Shown here: positions 18,237-28,900 of the stretch, piece after piece
Numbering within the stretch: position 1 is the first letter of the stretch
Layout: each line of letters opens with the position of its first letter
Virus record (IMG/VR): IMGVR_UViG_3300027857_000019
Coordinates: 1 to 63,022 of that record
Direction: 5' to 3' (one strand)
Source of the DNA: a virus
Taxonomy: Duplodnaviria; Caudoviricetes
Length of the DNA: 63,022 bases
The notes under the pieces: generated by a model
What the model saw: only the letters and a program-made list of their open reading frames with translations
What the model was told of the DNA's origin: nothing
The model's database searches: none
Position numbers and translations under genes: made by a program

Positions 18237-19442
18237 ATGCTTCCAGCCACTACGGCGTCATGCCCCGGTCTCGCCCCTACGCAACCCAATTGGGAATACA
18301 GTCGCCTTATTGAGCAGGGCATCCAAGCGCGACTAAAAGGCGACTTCAATACTGCTACTGCTTGCATTCTGAAGGCTATTCGCTTAGACCCGGAGCGCGT
18401 GGCAGGCTATCACAACTTTGGAATAGTCGCCACAGATCAGGGCGATTTCATGACCGCAGGCCGGTGCTCTGAATTGGCATGGGAGCGCTCTGAAGGATGC
18501 GGAGATCAGATCCGCAAGCAAATAGGGCTAGGCTTGGCGCAAAACTTGATGCGGTTGGGGGAATTCGAGACAGCGGGACCACTGTGGGAGTACGGACGGC
18601 TGAGAGCGAGTTGGTGGCCGTCGCTCGGCAGCCAAGTATGGGACGGGAGTCCCGGTAAGCGCGTAGTGGTAATTCCAGAGGGCGGATACGGCGACTTCTT
18701 CATGTTCCATCGCTGGCTACAGTTGCTCAAAGCACGTTCTGAACGTGTACGGTTGGTGATTTGGCGGCAACTTGCCGATTGGTGCGATTGGGCGGCGCTC
18801 GGCGTCGATGAGGTCACGATCGCAGAAGGCGGCAAGGTTCCCTTCGATGTCAAGACGTTCGATCTCGAAGAGGTCTCCATCTCGCTTATGAGCCTGCCCA
18901 TCATCCTCGGCATGAAGAAATGGACCGATATTCCGGCCATCGCCCCCAGGAAGAAAACTATCGGTCGCTACGGACCCTTGCGCATCGGTTTTTGTTGGCG
19001 CTCTGAGGAGAATACTAGCCCCGTGCGCACCAAGTCTCTGCCGGTTACTGTTGCCGATGCCATCTGCCAAAAACTGCGCGACCCGCAACCTATGTTTTCC
19101 TTGTCGCCTCAACGTGCTGGCCTTCATAACGCTGATGAATTCCGCGAACCGGGAGCGCTAACAATAGAATCTGATTGCATGGCCTCCTGGCGAACAACTG
19201 CAGATTACATCAGTTCGATGGACTTCGTTCTGACTGTTGATACTGCGGTCGCGCATCTGGCCGGATTACTGGGCGTGCCGACTCTGATTCTTTTGCCGAA
19301 ATCTTCCTGCTGGCGGTGGGGGATGCCGGAGCGAACCGTTGATCCGTGGTACGGCGGGCACGTGACATATTATCGGCAACCGAAGCCTCGCGAATGGGAT
19401 GCAGAGGATATCGTCAGGGCGCTCACAGAGAGGTTGCGGTGA
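18237..19442 (+). CDS. TPR + GT9-like glycosyltransferase
   Basis: TPR helices; EGGYGDFFMFHRW; RIGFCW; TADYISSMDFVLTVDTAVAHLAGLLGVPT...WRW. Confidence 0.85.
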   Translation: MLPATTASCPGLAPTQPNWEYSRLIEQGIQARLKGDFNTATACILKAIRLDPERVAGYHNFGIVATDQGDFMTAGRCSELAWERSEGCGDQIRKQIGLGLAQNLMRLGEFETAGPLWEYGRLRASWWPSLGSQVWDGSPGKRVVVIPEGGYGDFFMFHRWLQLLKARSERVRLVIWRQLADWCDWAALGVDEVTIAEGGKVPFDVKTFDLEEVSISLMSLPIILGMKKWTDIPAIAPRKKTIGRYGPLRIGFCWRSEENTSPVRTKSLPVTVADAICQKLRDPQPMFSLSPQRAGLHNADEFREPGALTIESDCMASWRTTADYISSMDFVLTVDTAVAHLAGLLGVPTLILLPKSSCWRWGMPERTVDPWYGGHVTYYRQPKPREWDAEDIVRALTERLR

Positions 19443-20272
19443 ATATCGTCACGGTTTCCACATGTCGGCGCCCGTTTCACACGCGACTATGCCTGGAATC
19501 CATTTGTCGCGCCCAACGCTGGCATCCGTGGGCTGATAAGATAGCCGTCTGTTGGAATTTGGACCGCAGCGAAGACCTTGCGCGAGAAGTCGAAGGAGTC
19601 ATCGAGAGGAACCCCGATATTCCTTTGCAAGTGTGGTGCGAACCAACATCGGTCGCAAGTGCACACGATGCCTCTGGCTGGATGCTTTCGACCGCCTTCG
19701 ATCTCGGGGCACGTTGCACTCTGTACGTCGAGGATGACGTGATTCTGGGCGTCGATTCATTCGTAGTGCTCGACTGGTGTCAGCAAGCGCTAGCAGCAGG
19801 CCGACTATCCGATAAGATAATTGGCTGCACACTCTACCACGAGACGATCCCGGCGCACTACACTGAACGGCCGCCAGATCCGCGCTTGCTTCACTTGTGC
19901 CCCGGAATCAATACCTGCGGGGGAACCGCATTCTTTCGTGAGCCTTACTTGCAATGCCTGAAACCCGATTGGAACTGCAAGCAGGTCGAGCCGAAAGGGT
20001 TCGATTATTCGGCTCACTATCTGATGTACCGCCACGGGCTTTACATGGTCTACCCGGATTATGGGCGATCGATGAACTGCGGATTTACCGCGGGCTCGAT
20101 AGCGCAGGAGACTTGGGCGCAGTACTTTGGCCGCTCGATCTGGGTACAGACGCACGATGCGGCAAGATCGCCAGAAGAGTTGCGGATCGACGTAAACGGG
20201 CCGGACAGCTACCCCGGACTTGTCCGGGAGACATGGATGGTCGCCGAATTGGAGTACAGAGGACTGCTATGA
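19439..20272 (+). CDS. GT-A fold glycosyltransferase
   Basis: IVTVSTCRRP N-terminus; LYVEDDVIL DxD-like motif. Confidence 0.7.
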   Translation: MNIVTVSTCRRPFHTRLCLESICRAQRWHPWADKIAVCWNLDRSEDLAREVEGVIERNPDIPLQVWCEPTSVASAHDASGWMLSTAFDLGARCTLYVEDDVILGVDSFVVLDWCQQALAAGRLSDKIIGCTLYHETIPAHYTERPPDPRLLHLCPGINTCGGTAFFREPYLQCLKPDWNCKQVEPKGFDYSAHYLMYRHGLYMVYPDYGRSMNCGFTAGSIAQETWAQYFGRSIWVQTHDAARSPEELRIDVNGPDSYPGLVRETWMVAELEYRGLL

Positions 20273-20478
20273 ACTTCGAACCAAAAGCTGATTGCGTTTG
20301 CGGACACGCTTACGAGAAGCATGGCGGGGATACCGAATGCCCCGGTTACACGGGATGCAGGGATCTCGATTGTAGTTGCCATGTGTTCGAATTGAAAGAA
20401 GAATTAGAGCCGAAGGCTAGCGACCGTTTCTGGGCGCATGTCGAAACGATGCTATTAAACCGAGAGAGGAATCAGTGA
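20269..20478 (+). CDS. Small Cys/His-rich protein
   Basis: CVCGH...H...C...CSC; ATGA/GTGA overlaps. Confidence 0.55.
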   Translation: MNFEPKADCVCGHAYEKHGGDTECPGYTGCRDLDCSCHVFELKEELEPKASDRFWAHVETMLLNRERNQ

Positions 20479-21176
20479 GCAACTATAAGCCCGACTATTG
20501 GCAGACAGTCCCAGGCTGGTTTGATTGGATGGATCTCTACGATGAGGTCGCCCTTACCACTCCGCCAGGGTCGCTTGTAGTGGAGGTCGGTGTTGCCTTC
20601 GGGCGATCGCTGCTTTACCTTGCACAGCGCATCAAGGAGACCGGCAAGGACATCCAGGTCGTCGCGGTGGACCGCTGGCAACCATACCCAGAGCACCACT
20701 TTATCTACCAGGAGGATGCGCCGATAGTCGAATCGGAGCGGGTTGCCTACGAGTGCGCCAAGCGGCATGGTGGCGTGTTCCCGGCGTTCTGCTACCACCT
20801 GTACGAATCGGGATTGGCCGATTGGGTGAATGTTGTACGGGCGGATAGCGTGAAAGCCGCTCGTATGTTTGAAAATTGGGCACAGAACATATATGATGGA
20901 CACCCTACCAAACAACCGCATTTCGTATTTATCGACGCCGAACACGAAGCGCAAGCAGTAGATTTAGACTTACACGCATGGTGGGATGAGGTAAAGCCTG
21001 AATGGGCGGCCGGTCACGATTACAATCGCGGCTCCGACATTCATTTCCCCGGCGTGTGGAAGACGGTAGACGCCAAATTTGGTCAGGAAAATGTGGAGTG
21101 GCGAGGACAAACCTGCTGGGTTGTTCGCCGTTCGCACTTGGAGAGAACTTCAGAAGTGAATTCAATGGTTGTATGA
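20475..21176 (+). CDS. Class I SAM-dependent methyltransferase (Methyltransf_24-like)
   Basis: VVEVGVAFGRS, AVDRW, FVFIDAEH, GHDY. Confidence 0.85.
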   Translation: MSNYKPDYWQTVPGWFDWMDLYDEVALTTPPGSLVVEVGVAFGRSLLYLAQRIKETGKDIQVVAVDRWQPYPEHHFIYQEDAPIVESERVAYECAKRHGGVFPAFCYHLYESGLADWVNVVRADSVKAARMFENWAQNIYDGHPTKQPHFVFIDAEHEAQAVDLDLHAWWDEVKPEWAAGHDYNRGSDIHFPGVWKTVDAKFGQENVEWRGQTCWVVRRSHLERTSEVNSMVV

Positions 21177-21297
21177 AAACTCGACGACACCATAACAACG
21201 ACGGGCGGAAACAGATTCAAAGTGGAGGAACGACTAAGGCGCTTAAGAGAATAGCTAAAAAGTTACACCTTCGATTTGTCGGGGCAAAGTTCAAAAC

Positions 21298-22224
21298 ATG
21301 AAGGCCTGCATCTTGGGACATAGCGGCATGGTCGGCTCGGCGCTGATGCGCAAGTTGGGTAATCTGCGTCACGCAGATGTGCTTATTGATTGCGGCGATT
21401 TACGCGACCAGCGCCACACACGCGAGCTTGTAGCGGGGTTGCTGAATCTTGGCGCAACTCACATATTCTTGTGTGCGGCGAAGGTGGGCGGCATCCAAGC
21501 CAACCTCAGCTATCCGGCCGAGTTCATCGAAGACAACCTTCGCATCGAGTTGAACGTGATCGAAATGGCGCGGAGATGCGACGCGCGGCTGGTCTACTTC
21601 GGCTCCTCCTGCATCTACCCACGAGACGCCCAGCAGCCAATCCCGGAAGAGGCGCTGATGACCGGACCACTCGAGCCGAGCAATGAGCCCTATGCGATCG
21701 CGAAAATCGCGGGAATCAAAATGCTTCAGGCGTATGAAAAGCAGTACGGCATGAAGTCTTTGATTCTGATGCCGTGCAACCTCTACGGGCCGGGGGATAA
21801 CTTCGACTTGGAGACGGGCCACGTGCTGCCCTCACTCATTAGGCGATTTGTGGAGGCGAAGGAGTCCGGCGCCGAGAGTGTGACGCTGTGGGGCACAGGG
21901 GTAGCGCGGCGCGAGTTCCTGCATGTGGACGATCTGGCGGAAGCGGCAGTGTACTTGGCCGAGTCCGGCGTAACGGGCATGGTGAATGTGGGCAAGGGAA
22001 CCGATCAGACTATCGGGGCGCTGGCTAACATGATCCGCTTGGTGGTGGGCTACACGGGATTGATCGGCTACGATCCTAACAAGCCGGATGGCACGCCACG
22101 CAAACTGCTCGACATCTCCAGGCTGCGCCAGTGCATGACGTGGACGCCTCGCACGGTGCGCGAGGGCATCGAGGAGACCTTGGCGTGGTATCTTCAATCA
22201 CTGAAACAACCCTGCATGGTGTAA
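21298..22224 (+). CDS. fcl: GDP-L-fucose synthase
   Basis: GHSGMVGS, AAKVGGIQAN, GSSCIYP, YAIAK, PCNLYGPGDNF, WGTG..RREFLHVDD, KPDGTPRK. Confidence 0.93.
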   Translation: MKACILGHSGMVGSALMRKLGNLRHADVLIDCGDLRDQRHTRELVAGLLNLGATHIFLCAAKVGGIQANLSYPAEFIEDNLRIELNVIEMARRCDARLVYFGSSCIYPRDAQQPIPEEALMTGPLEPSNEPYAIAKIAGIKMLQAYEKQYGMKSLILMPCNLYGPGDNFDLETGHVLPSLIRRFVEAKESGAESVTLWGTGVARREFLHVDDLAEAAVYLAESGVTGMVNVGKGTDQTIGALANMIRLVVGYTGLIGYDPNKPDGTPRKLLDISRLRQCMTWTPRTVREGIEETLAWYLQSLKQPCMV

Positions 22225-22251
22225 ACTTGATTTACAGAAAGGAGCATCTGA

Positions 22252-22443
22252 ATGGCTAAATACGAGAAAGACTTAATCACCAGCCCATCAGCGTTCAAGC
22301 GTGAGGAATCGTGCAAGCCGCCCAAGGGAACGCAGGTAAACGGGGCGGTCGGTTACGGCGTCCCAGAGCGCACTCACAGCAAGAATGCTGTAGAGGAAGT
22401 TACATACGATCACAACAGTCCAGAGAAAAAGGGAGATCTGTAA
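22252..22443 (+). CDS. Small hypothetical protein
   Basis: AAGGAG RBS; 63 aa. Confidence 0.6.
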   Translation: MAKYEKDLITSPSAFKREESCKPPKGTQVNGAVGYGVPERTHSKNAVEEVTYDHNSPEKKGDL

Positions 22444-22451
22444 GGGCGTGA

Positions 22452-23882
22452 ATGGCGTACTCCTACATCACGCAGGTGCAGGCAGTCGCGCAACTCGCGG
22501 CGCTGCTTGATGACCCGAACAATCTGTACTGGAGTTTCGCCGAACTCGCCATCTATCTCACTGAGGCTGTCCGCACATTCTCCGGCCTGAGTCGGTTCTA
22601 TCGCGCTCGGGCTGCATTCCAGCTTGCTCCAACCGTCCCATTCTACGACCTGCCAAAGCTGATCCCTCAGCGCTCGTACAACGTGCTCGATACCGATATC
22701 GCGACAACGTGCGCGTTGCATTTACTCGAATCGCCGCCTACTGGGAATATCTGGAATGGAACCGACCAGTTTTCACTCTCGGATGTAGCAGACGCCATCA
22801 CGAGGCGCACGAACCAATTCCTGCTTGACACCGAATGCACCGTATCGCTTACAGGTGGGTTCGGGCTGACATGGGACCAAGCCACGATGACATGGGACCA
22901 ACTCATCGCGACGTGGGACCAACTTGGCCTTGGGGCAGTCGTAACCATCACGCCACCGGAAGACCGTGTTCAAATGCCGGATAACGTAATCGCGGTACGG
23001 CACGCGAATTTCGCGGATGGCTCAGGGAATCAGTACTCGCTATGGCAGGACGACCAATGGTCGGTCGATTCAGGGAGCAACTCGCTGGCAAAGCAGACTC
23101 CAGGTCGCCCACTGGTCTATACCCTCTCGGAAACTCCCGCGCTTACCTTGCGCCTATCGCCGCCGCCAATACAGAGCGGACTGCTGGAGTTGGCTACAAT
23201 CAGCGCGGTTGGGCCATTCAACCCCCTCACTGGGACTACGCTCGGAATCCCCGACGACTATTCCTGGGTTGTGAAGTGGGGTGTTTTGGCGGATCTGTTG
23301 GGCCGCGACGGACAGGCCAGCGACCCGTACCGCGCTCAATACTGTGAATCGCGCTATCAGGAGGGCGTCATCGCCTGTCGGGCGGGCAGTTCTGTGCTAG
23401 ATGTCCAGTTGGAGGGTCAGCCATTCTGGATGACATCCTACACGCAGATGCGAGACGCTATTCCATCGTGGCGTAGCGCAAGGCAGAAGCCCAAGGTTGG
23501 GGCCATGCTCGGCCAGAATCTTGTTGCCTTCGGGCCTGTTCCTGCGCGAGCCCATGGCGTCACGATGGATGTCGTAGCTAACGCTGTTGTGCCAACTCCG
23601 GGCGGATTCGTACAAGTTGGCAGAGAAGAACTCGGCGTCATTCTCCGGTACGCTAAGCACCTTGCCGCCTTCAAGATGGCTGGACAGGAATTCATGGAGA
23701 CGATGGACGGCTGGCAGGCCATGGTAAAGCTCGGCGTGCAGATGAATTCGGCATTACGTGCGGAATCGCGGAACCTCGTTGCCATGCGAGATCTGGCGAG
23801 TATTGATCGGCGATTCAAACCTGATCGGATGCCGAGTCCAGAGAAACAACAGGCCGCGCTGGTCGGCCAGGGGATTAATTAA
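22452..23882 (+). CDS. Second adaptor-like virion protein (possibly tandem adaptor domains)
   Basis: LDDPNNLYWSFAELAIYLTEA N-terminus typical of phage adaptors. Confidence 0.6.
   Translation: MAYSYITQVQAVAQLAALLDDPNNLYWSFAELAIYLTEAVRTFSGLSRFYRARAAFQLAPTVPFYDLPKLIPQRSYNVLDTDIATTCALHLLESPPTGNIWNGTDQFSLSDVADAITRRTNQFLLDTECTVSLTGGFGLTWDQATMTWDQLIATWDQLGLGAVVTITPPEDRVQMPDNVIAVRHANFADGSGNQYSLWQDDQWSVDSGSNSLAKQTPGRPLVYTLSETPALTLRLSPPPIQSGLLELATISAVGPFNPLTGTTLGIPDDYSWVVKWGVLADLLGRDGQASDPYRAQYCESRYQEGVIACRAGSSVLDVQLEGQPFWMTSYTQMRDAIPSWRSARQKPKVGAMLGQNLVAFGPVPARAHGVTMDVVANAVVPTPGGFVQVGREELGVILRYAKHLAAFKMAGQEFMETMDGWQAMVKLGVQMNSALRAESRNLVAMRDLASIDRRFKPDRMPSPEKQQAALVGQGIN
22868..22922 (+). repeat. Three 21-nt-period repeats GAC(A/G)TGGGACCAA encoding TWDQ-x3
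   Basis: Read directly: TWDQATM TWDQLIA TWDQL. Confidence 0.85.
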
Positions 23883-25978
23883 TGCTGAGAGCCTTCGGAA
23901 ACGTAGAGCAAGGCGGGTCCACTGTCAACGTGTCAGTCGCCAGTGGCGCTTATACGGGAGCCACGACGGGCGACGTCCAGAAATCGTTTCCGGGCGCTAC
24001 CGTAACCGTGTATCTGACAGGGACCCTCACGACGGCTACGATCTACTCGGACAACGGCATCACGCCCCTCGCTAATCCCTTCACGGCTACGCAGACGGGC
24101 TACTGGTTTTTTTACGCGGCGAACGGCCGGTACGACGTGAAGTTTAGCGGGGCTGGAGTGCCAGTACCATTCACGCTAGGCGACATCTCTCTTAGCGATC
24201 CGGGTGGCGTCGCAACGGGAGTGACGAGTTGGGGACCGCTCGGCAACTCGCGCACAGGCGCAGTAATTCCGGCGACAAACGACTACACCCTTCGACAGAT
24301 TCAGAATGTCCCATTTTTGAACGTCCTCGACTTCAATTTCGCACCGCAGGCTCCTGGAACGTCGCTCAGCCCCGGCGCGAACGTCATCACTCTTACGCCT
24401 GTGCCTCCGGGTGTGAACGGTGCAGACGGGAGCCACTACCTCTACATCTCTGGTGGAACTGGGGCCGCCGAAGCCGTGCTCATCACGGGCGGTACGGCTG
24501 TATCGGGAGGCGCATCTGGCACGGTGATCGTGAACTGTGCGAACTCGCACTCCGGCGCGTGGACGATTGCCAGCGCTTCAGGAGGTTTGCGCGAGGCGAT
24601 CATTTACGGCGGGACCGGTGCGGATATCCGCATCCCAGCCAATACGACCCTAACGCTCTACGCGCAACTCGTCATTGACCAGCAATTCCTCACAATCTCT
24701 GGCGCGGGCAAAAGTTCAAGTCTGGTCATTGCCGGAGCAAATGCCAATATCAATTCCGGCCTGATTTACATCGGTACATCGGTCGGCGCTGGCCTAACGC
24801 TGCGAAACTTTGCGCTGGATGGGAACCGCGCAAATAACGGGACGAACAATGCGAACGGGGCGTGCGTTTACGCAGGCGCTACGTTTTCTACCAGCGGCAT
24901 CGACGGAGTGAGCATCATCGGCATGGAGTGCCGATTTACCAACAAATTCGGCATCGAAGTAGCTGGACCTCAGAATCGCTGGCTCATCCGCGAATGCTAC
25001 ATCCACGACAACGGGGGACCTGGAGGGACGGATGGCGGAGTCGGAATCTATTTCGTGCAGAGCGGCGCCAACCCGTTTGCCGAAGATGTGCAAATCATTG
25101 GGAACCATATCGAGGCGAATTATCCGACCGCAGGAGCGGCGAACTTTGGCGGCGGCATTCTCATCTCGGCATATCGGGCGATAGTCTCGGGGAACTTTTT
25201 CAAGAACAATTATAACGGCGGTGGACAGGTCGCTGGCGCGATGGAGATCGTCGCGAATAATCAGGTCTATCGCACTACGCCTAAGCCAAACGGAAACGCA
25301 GGCGGCGGCGACAACACGACCGGCATTGAGTGCGTCACATTTCCCCAGCAAGTGACGGGGAATATCGTTATAGGCCACGATCTAGGCGGCGGCATCGTGC
25401 TCCAAGGGAATCCCCTAGGCCCTGGTGGAGAAGGTTCCGGCGATATGGTGGTCGCCGACAACTACGTACTCACGGCTTCAGTCGGGATCTCGCTTCTCAA
25501 CGCTGGTGGGACGATACGGGCCGTCATCATCGCAAACAACCGCATCGCCGCTGGCTTGGGAGGCGGAGTTGTCGGACTGCAAATAGACACTGCGGCGGGA
25601 GTCGTTTCGGTTATCGGGAACAATTTTATAGACTGCACGACATTCGTGGTGGACAACACTACCTACGGCGTGCTCTACGCCAACAATCTGCCATTCTCGG
25701 TCAACAAGCTCTATCTCGGCATCGTTCCTTCAGCGGCTTCAATTACGATGGCTGCCTCGCAAGTAGCGACGATCACAGGAGCCACAAATATCAACACGAT
25801 CAGTCTGAAGCCAGTCTACGCTGGCGCGGTCGGTGCTGGAATCCAGGTCACACTGATACCGGCTGCGGGTTCTACATGGCGCGTCGTCACGGGCGGTAAC
25901 ATTGGGAATAACCTGACTCCAGTCGTAGGCATCCCGGTAATTCTAGTATTTGACGGGACGTTATGGTGGGCGAAATAG
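23882..25978 (+). CDS. Tailspike with right-handed beta-helix (pectate-lyase-like) domain
   Basis: N-terminal GATVTVY...NPFTA...GRYDV anchor; LDGNRANN and repeated I.GN/V..N beta-helix motifs. Confidence 0.8.
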   Translation: MLRAFGNVEQGGSTVNVSVASGAYTGATTGDVQKSFPGATVTVYLTGTLTTATIYSDNGITPLANPFTATQTGYWFFYAANGRYDVKFSGAGVPVPFTLGDISLSDPGGVATGVTSWGPLGNSRTGAVIPATNDYTLRQIQNVPFLNVLDFNFAPQAPGTSLSPGANVITLTPVPPGVNGADGSHYLYISGGTGAAEAVLITGGTAVSGGASGTVIVNCANSHSGAWTIASASGGLREAIIYGGTGADIRIPANTTLTLYAQLVIDQQFLTISGAGKSSSLVIAGANANINSGLIYIGTSVGAGLTLRNFALDGNRANNGTNNANGACVYAGATFSTSGIDGVSIIGMECRFTNKFGIEVAGPQNRWLIRECYIHDNGGPGGTDGGVGIYFVQSGANPFAEDVQIIGNHIEANYPTAGAANFGGGILISAYRAIVSGNFFKNNYNGGGQVAGAMEIVANNQVYRTTPKPNGNAGGGDNTTGIECVTFPQQVTGNIVIGHDLGGGIVLQGNPLGPGGEGSGDMVVADNYVLTASVGISLLNAGGTIRAVIIANNRIAAGLGGGVVGLQIDTAAGVVSVIGNNFIDCTTFVVDNTTYGVLYANNLPFSVNKLYLGIVPSAASITMAASQVATITGATNINTISLKPVYAGAVGAGIQVTLIPAAGSTWRVVTGGNIGNNLTPVVGIPVILVFDGTLWWAK

Positions 25979-25981
25979 CAC

Positions 25982-28900
25982 ATGCCCGCTTACTCGCGAA
26001 AATACTCCAAATTCTTCTGCAAGGGGATGAACCTTAACCGTTCTCTCGATGCGATTGGGGACGGAGAATTTGGCTGGCTCTACAATGTGCGCCAGTATCG
26101 CGCTGGTGAGTTGGTTTCCCGCCCGGGTCTTGCGCTCACGTCCAATTCCTTCGGAGCGACAGGGCCGACCGATTACCTGCATTCAGGCTACACGCTGAAC
26201 GATACCAACCCGGATTCATCCGGCGGAACGCGGCGATTCGTCGGCTATAACACAACGCTCTGGTGGGGAGACCAGTTAATCTCCGGCTCGACATTCACGC
26301 AGATAGATTCCGGCTTTAGCGGGAATCCGCTGTCAATGGTTGCATTCTCGCCGAAAGAGAACCCCACACCATTCCTGTATGTTGGAGACTCTAATCAATC
26401 GCGTAAGTACTCCTCTTCCTACCTGAGCGCTGGAATCCCGACCGTCTACACGATCGGCATCCCGCAATCCTTTGTCGATAACGCTGGACCAGTGCTGAAC
26501 TGCGTCTCGCCAATCCCGACATTCTCGGCAGGCAGCATCACAGGCACAGGCTATCAGTGGCGATGGGTATTGCGCCATCTTGTGACGGGCTCGACATCCG
26601 CCCCAGGCGCGCCGACCTACACGCCTCAGAGCCTCACGAATCAACAGGCGTCTTTCCCCGACCCGAACACAGCTTTGAGTACTGAATACATCTGGGATCT
26701 TTACCGATTCGGAGGAACACTTCAGGCGTGGGCTTTCGTAGGGTCAGTCGTGAATTCTTCAGGTGGCACGGTGACCGACAATTTCACCGATTTGCAGTTG
26801 GACTCGGCGCAAACGCTGGATGTTCAGCCTGGAGATGTGCTATTCCAACCATTTCTAGTACGCGATGTGCCACGCTCCGGGACAGCCGGAAGCGTAAATG
26901 CGGCGCAGGCAACCGTTCCAGGAGCTTTAGGCGGTCATGGTTCGCAAGTGAATAGTGCGGCGCAGTTCAATCCCAACTGGATTCACGGAACGACGATCAC
27001 CGTTAACGATATAGAATGCACTATCAGCGCGATCGTATCCTCATCTATTCTCTTCGTCGATCAGGACCTTGGAAATCTCGGGGCTGTCGGATGGAAGGTT
27101 GACGGAGCGCTTGAAGCAGGAGCCCCATTGCCCTACATGTGGGGTCCATATGGCGCTGGACAGTTCGGCCTCTATATGTTCGGATGCGGAGACCCGCGTA
27201 ATCCTGGCACGCTCTACTGGACGAACGGCAACGACCCGGATACTACCTCCCCAACAAATTCTCTGGAACTTTGCTCCCCGTCTGAGATCCTACAGAATGG
27301 CTGCATCTGGAATGGTCGCTGTTACGTGTGGTCGAATGAGCGCATGTGGGAGGTCACGCCGGATCTCATCAACGCGGGGCAATTCATCGCACAAGTCATC
27401 CCTGGCGCGCGAGGGCTCGCTGCGCCGTGGGCCTTTTGCGTGGGAGACCTCATCTATTTTGTCGCCAAGGATGGGATCTACGAATCAGGCGGCGGGCTGC
27501 CAAAGAACATCAGCGATGCGCAGATGTACCAACTCTTCGGGCACGATTCTCTGAACGGAGAGATCGTCGCCATTCCTGATCCAGAAGGCGCTCCCGGAGC
27601 CCAACTCCTGCTGTATACGCCAGATCCTAACAATCAAAAGACGTGGCGGCTCACGTGGTATGACGGCGTTCTCTACTTCGACTACGTGGAATTCACAACA
27701 GGCCTCAGTCGGACGCTAGTACGCGACAGCCATATCATGAACGGCTGGATCATAGATTATTACCCTGCATCGCTCAATGTTGGGTATGTCTACCGCTTTG
27801 GGGAAGAAGCGTCTCATGATGTGCTGGTGGGGGTGGGATCGTCACTGGGCCACTTTTTTGGCAATTCCGATTTTGGGCAGCCGATTGAATGCGCGGTAAT
27901 GACGGGAGCGGATCTGCTCGGAGATTATCGGGCGCCCAAACTGATCGGCGATGCCGTCGTTGGCGGCCTGACGAACAATACTAACGTAACCGCGCGTTTG
28001 CTCGGAAGCCTGAACACAATTCAACTGGGTTCTGGAACGCTCAATACTCCCGCCTACGGGCAGTTGATTATCGACGTTGGGAATGGGCTGGGCCAACTTG
28101 ATAGGACCGCCGGCCTCTGGTTTCACTGGTCGAGCACGGTCGAGATTACCGTTAGCGATTGGGAACCCAGTTACGTTCTCAAGCCAGAAACCATCCAGAA
28201 GCGGGCTACGGACTGGACCGACGACGGCTTAGCAGGCTCGAAGTTCTTGAAAGCGGTTGTGATTGAGGCTAATGTCAGTGCTCTGCCTCTAATTCAGGAT
28301 TTAGTCGTCGATAATGTCAATCCGCTGAAAGTGAGTAGCGGCCTCCACACCTTTGTTGCGGGTGATGTTGGGTCAATCCTTCAGGTGGTCGGAGGCGCAG
28401 GCTTTACGCAGGGAACATATTCAATTCAATCCATAGTCGGCTCTTCTGCGATTCTAGATCATTCGCCAGGCGCGTTAAACGCTGCCGGAGGATTCTACAT
28501 CCTCTCTGGCAATCGCACGGTTCAGGTGCAGTACGATGGAGGGTCGGTTGCGGCAACCATCACGCTTGCAGCGCCAGGGCAGACAGAACTACCGTATTCC
28601 ATCGTTCCTCCGGTTGTCTGCCGGGAAATGCGGCTGGTTCCTACCGATGCGAAAACCTGTGAGATATTCAACGTCCGCTACGTTTGGGATCAATACCCGG
28701 AGTACCTCGATATCAACGAAGATTTCTACCTGGACAAGTGGCCGACCAATAAATACATTCGCGGCGTAGCGATCGAGGGAGATACCCAGGGATCAACTGT
28801 GCAAGCCCAGGTCCAGGCGGATGGCGGTACTGTCATCTCAACGCTTCCGCTTGTTCAGTCGGGGAAAACGCTCTCGTTATTTGCCTTTGGAACACCGTTT

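Noticed and set aside
22868-22922. CRISPR-like mini array
   Set aside because: 13-nt units with 8-nt spacers, in frame within a protein; no CRISPR array or cas gene seen in the window
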